Positions 1 through 8,075 of a stretch of 32,000 bases of DNA are shown in pieces (position 1 is the first letter of the stretch; every line of letters begins with the position of its first letter). Under the pieces are notes generated by a model. That model had not been told where the DNA came from. It worked only from the letters and a program-made list of their open reading frames with translations, and made no database searches. Location of the stretch: the NCBI GenBank assembly GCA_913063125.1, contig CAJXZM010000046.1:4683-36682 (forward strand), in the 5' to 3' direction. The DNA is from an uncultured Gammaproteobacteria bacterium (lineage in GTDB: Bacteria > Pseudomonadota > Gammaproteobacteria > Pseudomonadales > Ketobacteraceae). Position numbers and translations under genes: made by a program.

Positions 1-1
1 T

Positions 2-157
2 AACAGTATCTCAGCGTCGGAAATCAAATCGTGGGAAAAATTCTCGAACGCTCGAAGCACAATGCATGAGTTTAATGGAGGGCATTTCTATTTGCACAGG
101 CTTGAACGTGAATTGTTGAGTTGTCTATCATCGTATATTGCCTCGTCTGTCGAATAA
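2..157 (+). CDS. 3' end of a CDS cut by the window edge; the C-terminus resembles an alpha/beta-fold (type II thioesterase-like) hydrolase
   Basis: Frame 2 is open from the window edge to TAA at 155-157 (NSISASEIKSWEKFSNARSTMHEFNGGHFYLHRLERELLSCLSSYIASSVE*). The GGHF(Y)L motif near the C-terminus sits where thioesterase-II/alpha-beta hydrolases carry their catalytic His. Only 51 codons are visible. Confidence 0.3.
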   Translation, partial: NSISASEIKSWEKFSNARSTMHEFNGGHFYLHRLERELLSCLSSYIASSVE

Positions 158-208
158 CAAGATTCAGTATAGAGCGTCATCACAAAAATTACTAAATAGG
201 TAAAGTTA

Positions 209-1762
209 ATGAGATTGGAAAAATGGTTTTTAGTGTTGTTTGTCTCTACGTTATTTGGTTGCTCCTTGGTTAAAAAAGTAACAGTTGATCCGTACCTAGC
301 CACTCAGGCGCCGAGTGATGAGGTTGTGGTTGGATATTTGAATCATCTTGCTGAAAACGGCGAGTGGTCTGATAGGAATGAAAAGCATCACAGTGTATAC
401 AATCAGTTGTTTCAATATATTTATCTAGAAAAAGATCAGATTCTTCGGGCGGAGAGAGTGTTGTATTCATCGCAGCGTGAGGCTTTCTTTTATGAGAAAA
501 AATACTTGGATATTAATATGATCGATAGCTCAACGATCACGATTGATACGACGGGTAATAAAAGTCTCCCAATTTCGGTGTCAATGCACTGTTTTCAAAA
601 AAATGGAGGGAAACAGTGTGGAAAATACTCTAATAGCGGTGTTCGTGGCAAATATAGTGCCGGACGATACGTTTTCGCGCGTTTTGGCTCACGTACCGTA
701 GCGGATAAATTTGTTGCGACAATTAAGGCATGGCTAAAGAAGAAGCAATCTTCTGGTAACGATACAATTGAAAATATCCTCAGAAAGCATAAACAGACGG
801 CGATGTCAGGCTCGTCATTGACGATTTCAAATTCGATTTTGGATAATTCGATATTATTGGCTATACCGGTTGTTGATATTTTTACAATTGACCGCATAAA
901 AAAGGAAATTGGCGAGTCAGCATCCATCTGTAGTAATACTTACGGTGGCAAGGAATATACCGGAGGGATAGGGTTGGAATTTGACGATTCAGAAATTATT
1001 AAAGAGGTTGATCTTAGTGAGATAGAAAAATCATTTGTGAGTTGGGAGGGTAATCATAAAGTCACTGTAAATGATTTTCTAAAACCCTCTATAATTCATC
1101 CGTATCAGACCAGACTGACTGATGCAAATACGCTTGTTTGCGCAACGCGTAAAAGTGAAGGCTATCGTTACCATTACATGTTGCGTTATTGGGGTGGGAT
1201 CAGAACCAGTTTTAATGCCCTACTCATGACAGATGCTGCTTCGTTAAAGAAGGTCGAAAAATCATTTTTAATTTCTGAAGGAAAAAAATACCAAGAACAG
1301 GCTGGTGAGAGTATAGCTACCGCTAAAGCGCAGTTAGGCGATTTATATGGCCGCACTTCATCGGAAGGCGTTGATATGCAAGTTTTGTTGGCTAAGCCTG
1401 AATTTTCAGAAAAATTCAGGCTTACGGTTCTGTTGGCTAATTACGGAAATACTGCAAAACATTTTGGTTTCGAGAGCCTGGGTGGGATAACAGATTCAAA
1501 AGGTAGAGTTTTTAAAATTATACCAGCTGGGGGCAGTGCCAGTAGAGTTGGCGTCTCGATTGGGCAGTACTGTGTTCAAGACGGAGCCAGCGTACTGCTA
1601 AATCCGGGTGTTGACTGTACTGTCATTTTCAGTATTTCAATCCCAGGTTTTTTAGTGAGTGATCCTCGTCAGGATTCAAAGACACTGATTGAAATTGACG
1701 GAAATAATATCGTGTTGAAAAAGCGATCGAAATACGATCTGAGAATCCAAAGTTTAATGTAA
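209..1762 (+). CDS. Large predicted lipoprotein of unknown function (517 aa)
   Basis: Long uninterrupted ORF. The N-terminus MRLEKWFLVLFVSTLFGCSL has a hydrophobic signal segment ending in a lipobox-like LFGC. I recognise no catalytic or domain motif in the rest. Confidence 0.7.
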   Translation: MRLEKWFLVLFVSTLFGCSLVKKVTVDPYLATQAPSDEVVVGYLNHLAENGEWSDRNEKHHSVYNQLFQYIYLEKDQILRAERVLYSSQREAFFYEKKYLDINMIDSSTITIDTTGNKSLPISVSMHCFQKNGGKQCGKYSNSGVRGKYSAGRYVFARFGSRTVADKFVATIKAWLKKKQSSGNDTIENILRKHKQTAMSGSSLTISNSILDNSILLAIPVVDIFTIDRIKKEIGESASICSNTYGGKEYTGGIGLEFDDSEIIKEVDLSEIEKSFVSWEGNHKVTVNDFLKPSIIHPYQTRLTDANTLVCATRKSEGYRYHYMLRYWGGIRTSFNALLMTDAASLKKVEKSFLISEGKKYQEQAGESIATAKAQLGDLYGRTSSEGVDMQVLLAKPEFSEKFRLTVLLANYGNTAKHFGFESLGGITDSKGRVFKIIPAGGSASRVGVSIGQYCVQDGASVLLNPGVDCTVIFSISIPGFLVSDPRQDSKTLIEIDGNNIVLKKRSKYDLRIQSLM

Positions 1763-1842
1763 TTAATATTCAGGTCGTATCTTGTTCACAAAGTAGGCCG
1801 GTTGACCTTCGAAGAGCTAGATGCTCTTTGAATCACCGAAAT

Positions 1843-1894
1843 TCTTGAGTCCCTCTATTGGGTTGTTGGAACCTTCTAGAGGGACTCCAAACAT
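1843..1894. repeat. Copy 1 of a 52-bp palindromic intergenic repeat (11-bp stem GAGTCCCTCTA / TAGAGGGACTC)
   Basis: tcttgagtccctctattgggttgttggaaccttctagagggactccaaacat. The perfect 11-bp inverted arms enclose a 19-nt loop. Confidence 0.85.
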
Positions 1895-1935
1895 GCTAAA
1901 AATTAAAATGTTGGTCAGTGTGCGCTGGAAGCGAA

Positions 1936-1987
1936 TCTTGAGTCCCTCTATTGGGTTGTCAGCACCCTCTAGAGGGACTCTAAACAT
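1936..1987. repeat. Copy 2 of the same 52-bp palindromic repeat
   Basis: tcttgagtccctctattgggttgtcagcaccctctagagggactctaaacat. There are about 5 mismatches to copy 1, four of them in the loop. The arms are identical and an A9 run follows. Confidence 0.85.
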
Positions 1988-2858
1988 CTATAAAAAAAAA
2001 GCATTATTAAAGGTGTGCTAGTAGCGAGGTTAGGTGTCTAGTATTACTGCCAATGGATTTTGTTGTGAAAAATATCATGGAGGACTTAAATAACTTTGAG
2101 GAAAGCGGCCTGTATGTGTGAATGAATTAACGATTAGAAGTCCAAATTTGTACCCGATTTTTTAAAGTCAAAAACTAACGAAATCTCAGAAGGTGCGAGG
2201 CGTCAAAGGTACCCCCACACAAAAAACACACTGTATGATTTTGTCCAATTGGCCAAAAGTGAGCAGTAGCACTATTTCTCAGCCTTAAAATGGCATTTTT
2301 GAGGCTGAGAATGATTAAAATATCAAAGGCTCCATGGAAAAACAGAAGATTTTGGCCCAATTGGTAAAAATTGTTATTGCGGATTTTTGGTCAGAGCAAA
2401 AACAAGTAAAACTCCCTGAATTAGGCTCCTTGGGCCAAAAGGGATAGTACAATTTTCCCCAGATAGGTAGGGTACATAAAAAAGGTAAAATAATGTTATT
2501 GGTATTGTGAGAAAACAGAGCACGCAAGGCGAATGATCTTCAACGAAGAATTGAGGAGGATTGGCTGTCTTAAATGGGCGCCTATAAGTCGCTTTTTGGG
2601 TGTCGTTTTTTATGTGGAATCGAGCTGTTACGATGATCTATTGTCGTAAATTACGTATATCATTATTTTTACAACCCTATCGGTTAAATTATATTGCTTT
2701 TATTGACAGCAATTATTTTCTGAAGCATTGTTCTGTTTAGGTGGTTAGCCATCGAGCTTGGCCAGAGCTTCAGCAGCACCAGCTGAAATCTGCTTCTTGT
2801 CTAAATAGAATGTTAAACTATTATGCTTTTCCCAAATTGAGGGTGAGCCTGTTAACTG

Positions 2859-3794
2859 GTGTCATGCTTGCTCGATTCAATTGAGAATTGCATTATGATT
2901 TTACATGACAAGCCTGCTTTAAAATTACTGATCACTGAGTTAGATTCTCAGCTCTCCCGTTCCAGTATCAAGATAAAGCGTTCAAGACTCTATGAAATAT
3001 TGGCGCAGTCACAAGGTTTCAAGACGAAAGCAGCCCTCGTTTCCCGGCTACCTATTTTTCTTGATACTAGCAATATAGCTACAGATGTATTGCTAGTATA
3101 TATAGAGCGGTACGATATTAAATCAGATAGTTCTACTCATCCTAATAGTTCGTTGTTAGAAAATGCAGCTTGTATTGTTCAACCTTTTCCTCTCGTAGCG
3201 CCGCCTCATAGCGGTTTAAAATTGAGTATAGATTGGGATTATGGGTTTGTTTATCGACCTTATCATTGTGAGCCAACTGGTAACTCGGGAACCTGGGATG
3301 AATTCTACCGTCGCAGTTCCAGTTTTATGTTGAATAGCATTGTGCTTGAGGACGAATATGGACGATTGCGTGAATTGATAGATCCCTCCGTTCAGCAAGT
3401 GGTAGCCGGGTACACAAATAATGGCCCAGAAGAAAAGGCTTCTTTTACAAAAGCCGCTGATGAGGCCTTAGAAAGGGTCGGAGAAATTATTGATAACTTT
3501 GAATTTGAATTCTGGGGAGGGCTTGAGCCTGGCCACCCCGCTGATCTATTTGGTGATTACATTGTCTATGACTCGGATGTTGAAGAGTTGGAGTTAACTG
3601 AGGTAGTTGTCGAAGGTGCATTACTCCTGGATCACTCTTATTCTGATATCGATCTACGATGTCTCGTCGCTACTGAACTAAAGCAGGCTTTTGCACCTGC
3701 CAATGATGAAAGCCTCTATTGTTTTTTAAAAAGCCTTCGCGATGCATGCAAGAGGAACTACGATGCTAAAAGTAGGGCAGTGACTATAGCGTAA
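2859..3794 (+). CDS. Hypothetical acidic protein (299-311 aa), no recognisable catalytic domain
   Basis: Long ORF with a GTG at 2859 and the first ATG at 2895 (MILHDKPALKLL...). The C-terminal half is rich in D/E. The N-terminal segment IKRSRLYEILAQSQGFKTKAALVSRL loosely resembles the short helical N-terminal module seen on some glyoxalase-superfamily-annotated proteins (weak, from memory). It lies directly upstream of mcrB on the same strand. Confidence 0.6.
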   Translation: MSCLLDSIENCIMILHDKPALKLLITELDSQLSRSSIKIKRSRLYEILAQSQGFKTKAALVSRLPIFLDTSNIATDVLLVYIERYDIKSDSSTHPNSSLLENAACIVQPFPLVAPPHSGLKLSIDWDYGFVYRPYHCEPTGNSGTWDEFYRRSSSFMLNSIVLEDEYGRLRELIDPSVQQVVAGYTNNGPEEKASFTKAADEALERVGEIIDNFEFEFWGGLEPGHPADLFGDYIVYDSDVEELELTEVVVEGALLLDHSYSDIDLRCLVATELKQAFAPANDESLYCFLKSLRDACKRNYDAKSRAVTIA

Positions 3795-4011
3795 TAACAT
3801 CATGGCTTTGTTGACGTAAAGACTTTGGGCGCTTTTCAGCTTCCCCAATAGATAAAGTTTGTGTTCAAGGTATTTAACAAAGCTATATTTGGGTAGGAAA
3901 AATCATTTTTAAGAAGGGCTCGAATTGCTCCTGGACTATTGATTATGATATACCATGTTACTTGGCTGGTTATCATTGGTGTGACCGAAATGCTTAATAA
4001 GGATTATATGG

Positions 4012-6402
4012 ATGGCCGATAACACAAAGTACCTTTTCGAAGGCAATGAATATGGTAAAGGCCCGTTGGTTCATGCTGTAGTAGAGCATTACACGCATGA
4101 AACAGGTGTTAGTTATCGTGAAATCAAAGAAAAATTCAGTGGTATACCCAACTCTAGGGGATTGTTGCTGGATAGCGTTTCGTATGAAGAGGCGTTCGCC
4201 GAAACTGAAGATATCGCTAAGCGCTACTTTGTAAATAAAAAGCTTACCGATTCAGGTGGAACTGTTTTTTATGTCAGTAACCAGTGGGGAATTAGCAATA
4301 TTGATGGGTTTATCCTCAAGGCTAGGGAGTTGGGGTATCAAATAGGTATCATTCCAGACTCAAGTTCAGAAATAATTCGGTATTTTAATATTTATAAAAA
4401 CAACGCCTCTGTGGAGTGGATGGGTGGTTATAAAGAGCGATGTGAGACGTTAAAAGGCATTGAACCAACAGTGGCAGCTTTTGGGGAAGAAAATATACTT
4501 GAGACGTACTGGCGATCCAACAACAACGGCATATCAAGCGTAAAACCAGGTATGCTTAGTAATGAGGAGTATTCAAATCTTAAGGATGAGCTGCCTAGTA
4601 TTGGCCTGAAAATTTCCCGAAATCCCTCTCCCGAAACTAGGATAGAAGTTGATGCATGGAGCAAGAAAGCCAAGGATGAAGGACGGTTTGATTCAATAAA
4701 GCACAGTGTAATTCATCGTTTCTTTTGTGCTTGCGCTCCAGAAATATATTGCACAATTATTAATCACGGGGATCTTAAGAAGTTCGTTAAAAAATGGAAT
4801 GCCAGGGGTTTGGGGGCCAAAATTGAGCTTTCATCAAACTGGGCTGAATTGAATAGTAAAGTTGTTCAAGCAGTTAAAATGCGAGGTTTGGATGAAGAGG
4901 ATATCTATCTAGTTAATACGTTTATCTACCGCCTCAAAGAATACCTCGTAGATGACAAAACCACCATCTTTGGGGAAGGGGTACGTGAAAAGCCAATATC
5001 ACCTGCTGACTCTGCGATAAATTCCATAGGCACGTCTTCATCTTTGAATCAAATATTATATGGACCACCCGGCACAGGTAAAACTTACAGTACGGTTGAG
5101 AAAGCTGTCGCGATTGTTGATCCTAATTTGGTAGCAATGATGGTTGATTCGGATTTGAACAAATTAGAGCAGCGAGAAAAGATCAAAGCCCGATTTGATC
5201 AGCTGCTCAGCGAGGGGCAAATAGCTTTTACGACCTTTCATCAAAGCTTTGGTTACGAAGATTTTGTTGAAGGATTAAAGGCAGAGTCTGACGATGGGCA
5301 AATCAGCTATTCGGTAGAAGACGGGGTTTTTAAGAAAATCTGCGAGCGTGCCGATCCTGCTAGGCATTCTGGTGGAATTGACGAAGCGATGGTTGACTTC
5401 AAAGAAAAGTGTACAGAAGAGCCGGTAACACTCACTACAGCTACAGGAAAACCTTTCTCTGTTAGTTATCGAGGAGGGAAGACCTTTAGTTGTTTACCTG
5501 AAGCCTCTACAAGATCCGTTGGATTGCGAGCCAACATTGATCATGTATACCGCCTTGTTCTTAACGAGGCTCCCGGAGGCCTTTATTATCCGAGTTATTC
5601 AAAAGCTATCGCCAAATACCTGACAGAAACTTACAATATTGATGTTTCTTCAACTAAACCTGTTAAGGCTGAGCCACATGTATTAATCATTGATGAAATT
5701 AATCGTGGAAATATTTCAAAAATCTTTGGGGAATTGATTACGTTGTTGGAGCCTGGCAAGCGGAAGGGACAAATGGAAGCGTTAACGGTTACCTTGCCAT
5801 ACAGTAAGGAACCATTTTCTATTCCTTCCAATTTGCATGTCATAGGCACAATGAACACCGCAGATACAAGCTTGGCCAAGGTTGATATTGCTTTACGCCG
5901 TCGATTTGAATTTGTTGAGCTGATGCCAAAGCCTGAATTACTGGAAGACCTAGTTGTTGATGGTGTGAAGGTATCCCGCTTGCTGGATACCATTAATCAA
6001 CGTATTGAACTTCTATACGACCGTGATCATTGCATTGGCCATAGTTATTTTCTCGGCTTGACTTCGTCTTCGTCAATTGAGGCGTTAGCAGCGATATTTG
6101 AAAAACAAATTATCCCATTGCTGGAAGAATACTTCTTCGAGGATTGGGCTCTGATTCATAGGGTGCTGGGTGATCACCTTAAAGGAGGTAAGCAACCTAA
6201 ATTCATTGTGAAACGTTTTGGTGACCAGAAAATGAAAGAATTGATGGGGAGCGACTGGCGGTCGGATAACAGTATTCAGCCTGTATGGAAATTAAATGTC
6301 GAATCCTTACTCGATCCACAGGCCTATATCGGTGTATATAATTCAATAACTCCCCAACAACCGCAGAAACCGTCAGAATCTATCGTTGAGGGTGTTGAGT
6401 AA
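4012..6402 (+). CDS. mcrB: McrB-family AAA+ GTPase subunit of a type IV (modification-dependent) restriction system, with a long non-canonical N-terminal region
   Basis: AAGGA RBS about 9 nt upstream. Walker A is ILYGPPGTGKTYS. The McrB signatures are HVLIIDEINRGNISKIFGELITLLE and VIGTMNTADTSLAKVDIALRRRFEF. The first 340 aa or so match nothing I recognise. Confidence 0.9.
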   Translation: MADNTKYLFEGNEYGKGPLVHAVVEHYTHETGVSYREIKEKFSGIPNSRGLLLDSVSYEEAFAETEDIAKRYFVNKKLTDSGGTVFYVSNQWGISNIDGFILKARELGYQIGIIPDSSSEIIRYFNIYKNNASVEWMGGYKERCETLKGIEPTVAAFGEENILETYWRSNNNGISSVKPGMLSNEEYSNLKDELPSIGLKISRNPSPETRIEVDAWSKKAKDEGRFDSIKHSVIHRFFCACAPEIYCTIINHGDLKKFVKKWNARGLGAKIELSSNWAELNSKVVQAVKMRGLDEEDIYLVNTFIYRLKEYLVDDKTTIFGEGVREKPISPADSAINSIGTSSSLNQILYGPPGTGKTYSTVEKAVAIVDPNLVAMMVDSDLNKLEQREKIKARFDQLLSEGQIAFTTFHQSFGYEDFVEGLKAESDDGQISYSVEDGVFKKICERADPARHSGGIDEAMVDFKEKCTEEPVTLTTATGKPFSVSYRGGKTFSCLPEASTRSVGLRANIDHVYRLVLNEAPGGLYYPSYSKAIAKYLTETYNIDVSSTKPVKAEPHVLIIDEINRGNISKIFGELITLLEPGKRKGQMEALTVTLPYSKEPFSIPSNLHVIGTMNTADTSLAKVDIALRRRFEFVELMPKPELLEDLVVDGVKVSRLLDTINQRIELLYDRDHCIGHSYFLGLTSSSSIEALAAIFEKQIIPLLEEYFFEDWALIHRVLGDHLKGGKQPKFIVKRFGDQKMKELMGSDWRSDNSIQPVWKLNVESLLDPQAYIGVYNSITPQQPQKPSESIVEGVE

Positions 6403-6404
6403 GC

Positions 6405-7727
6405 ATGCCTAGCTTTACAATTAGAGAGTATGGCTTGCTAGCAAAAGAGCCTGCTCCGGCAGGGCATACAACAAGTCTTAGTAGGCAGGTTATCCCTGTT
6501 ACAGCCTGGGACTGGTTGTTGTCAGAGGCTTGTGGTGATAGTAAACATAAGCAACTTGTAAGGCCTCGTCAGGTTGATGGCTCACTGTATTTGCAAGTGC
6601 TTAACTATGCAGGAGCTGTCACCACTCCTTGTGGTACGCAGATTGAAATTCTGCCTAAGCATATGGAGGAGTCTGATGACGCCAGTATGGTGGATAGCCG
6701 ACGCATATTAATGAAGATGTTGAATAGGGTTTATCGCCTCAATATGCGTGAGTTTGAACAGGCTGATCTTCAATTATTCAATCGCCCTTTGCCTGAAGTT
6801 TTGATTTCTCAGTTTCTATTAGAGATTAAACAGTTGGTTCGACGGGGGATTCGTTCTGCTTACCTAAACCTACAAGATGAAACACCTTATTTGAGAGGGC
6901 GTTTGCAAGTTGTCGCTCAATTACGACAACCACCTGGGCGGCAACATCGTTTTCAGGTGGAATATGACGAATTCGTACCGGATCGGCCTGAAAATCGACT
7001 GATACATGCGTCATTAAAAAAGGTCTTGGTTTGGAGTCAATCCATTGATAATCAGCGATTAGCACGAGAGCTGCTGTTTGTATTTGACGATATCCCGATT
7101 TCAACGAACTATCGTAGTGACCTTGGTCGTTGGCAGGACGACCGCAATATGCAGCATTACCGTGCCAGTAAGTCTTGGTGCGAGTTTATTCTAAAGGAAC
7201 AGTCTCCCTTCACCCTAGCAGGAGCGCACTTTGGGCAATCTTTCTTGTTCCCAATGAATGTGTTGTTTGAAAAATATGTGGCGCGAGTACTTGAACAGCA
7301 ATTGCCCGATGGCTTTAAATTAAAAGAGCAAGCAGCGAGTCAGTACCTTATTGATACGCATTGCGATAAAAAGCTCTTTCAGTTGAGCCCCGACATATTG
7401 ATAACTAGGGAGGGTAAACCTGTCACTGTTCTGGACTGCAAATGGAAAATGATTGATCAGAATAAGAGCCATGCTGAAGGCACGGACGAAAAGTCTTATG
7501 GAATTAGCCAGGGAGATATCTATCAACTGTTTGCATATGGTCAGAAGTACCTTGGCGGGAAGGGGTGTGTATATTTGATTTATCCGTCCCATCGGTTGTT
7601 CTCGACTGCTTTGCAGACCTTCCATTTTGATGAAAAGCTTAGCTTGCGTGTTATCCCGTTTGATTTGGATAGGGATTGTTTTATTCATGGTGATGATAGT
7701 GCAATTGAAATGCTCATATCTAGATAG
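6405..7727 (+). CDS. mcrC: McrC-family PD-(D/E)xK nuclease subunit
   Basis: It starts 2 nt after the mcrB stop. The C-terminal nuclease motif is SPDILITREGKPVTVLDCKWKMI (D ... D-x-K), followed by QLFAYGQKY. Size and position are typical of McrC. Confidence 0.85.
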   Translation: MPSFTIREYGLLAKEPAPAGHTTSLSRQVIPVTAWDWLLSEACGDSKHKQLVRPRQVDGSLYLQVLNYAGAVTTPCGTQIEILPKHMEESDDASMVDSRRILMKMLNRVYRLNMREFEQADLQLFNRPLPEVLISQFLLEIKQLVRRGIRSAYLNLQDETPYLRGRLQVVAQLRQPPGRQHRFQVEYDEFVPDRPENRLIHASLKKVLVWSQSIDNQRLARELLFVFDDIPISTNYRSDLGRWQDDRNMQHYRASKSWCEFILKEQSPFTLAGAHFGQSFLFPMNVLFEKYVARVLEQQLPDGFKLKEQAASQYLIDTHCDKKLFQLSPDILITREGKPVTVLDCKWKMIDQNKSHAEGTDEKSYGISQGDIYQLFAYGQKYLGGKGCVYLIYPSHRLFSTALQTFHFDEKLSLRVIPFDLDRDCFIHGDDSAIEMLISR

Positions 7728-7786
7728 TACACGCCGACAAATCCAACTCATGCTAGTTAAAAATTCAGATTTCCCTTATAAATAAC

Positions 7787-7807
7787 CTTGCTATCCTGAA
7801 TAGCAAG
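7787..7807. promoter_or_regulatory. Perfect 8-bp inverted repeat CTTGCTAT-N5-ATAGCAAG between mcrC and the XRE gene (candidate operator or weak terminator)
   Basis: cttgctatcctgaatagcaag lies 56 bp upstream of the XRE start. No T-run follows it, so a protein-binding palindrome is at least as likely as a terminator. Confidence 0.3.
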
Positions 7808-7862
7808 ATGCAAGCTAGTCCACCATTCTGTTTATCTAAATATGCATAAGTCAGGTTAAATA

Positions 7863-8075
7863 ATGATCAGATGCAACCTTTCTCGCCTCATGGGTGAGCA
7901 AAAAATGAACATTTCAGATGTTGCTCGTGAAAGTGGCTTTAATCGAAGCACGATTTCATTGTTGTACCACGAAAAAGCGAGCCGTGTAGACCTAGACGTT
8001 GTGGAAAAACTCTGTGAAGTATTTAACTGTCAAGTTGGCGATCTATTAGAAGTTATCAAAGGGGAAGAAGAGTAA
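7863..8075 (+). CDS. Small XRE/Cro-C1-type helix-turn-helix transcriptional regulator (70 aa)
   Basis: MIRCNLSRLMGEQKMNISDVARESGFNRSTISLLYHEKASRVDLDVVEKLCEVFNCQVGDLLEV is a textbook short Cro/C1 HTH layout. Its stop TAA (8073-8075) directly abuts the pglW ATG (8076). Confidence 0.85.
   Translation: MIRCNLSRLMGEQKMNISDVARESGFNRSTISLLYHEKASRVDLDVVEKLCEVFNCQVGDLLEVIKGEEE

Noticed and set aside
88-470. Minus-strand ORFs 88-303 and 270-470
   Set aside because: They overlap the end of the upstream CDS and the well-supported lipoprotein gene on the opposite strand, and have no motif support.
1843-1987. Possible mini CRISPR array or integron attC sites
   Set aside because: There are only two copies, the repeats are 52 bp and strongly palindromic, and the spacer is 41 bp, which does not fit CRISPR geometry. 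No cas or intI gene is nearby, and the arms do not fit the RYYYAAC/GTTRRRY cores.
1821-2021. 66-aa + strand ORF with internally repeated peptide (SPSIGLLEPSRGTPN / SPSIGLSAPSRGTLN)
   Set aside because: The repetition is simply the translation of the two 52-bp palindromic DNA repeats. There is no RBS, so it is treated as an artefact.
2175-2527. Two overlapping minus-strand ORFs (61 and 70 aa)
   Set aside because: The peptides are low-complexity and Trp/Phe-rich, and they mirror the degenerate DNA repeats. They have no RBS and overlap each other. The region is better explained as non-coding repeat DNA.
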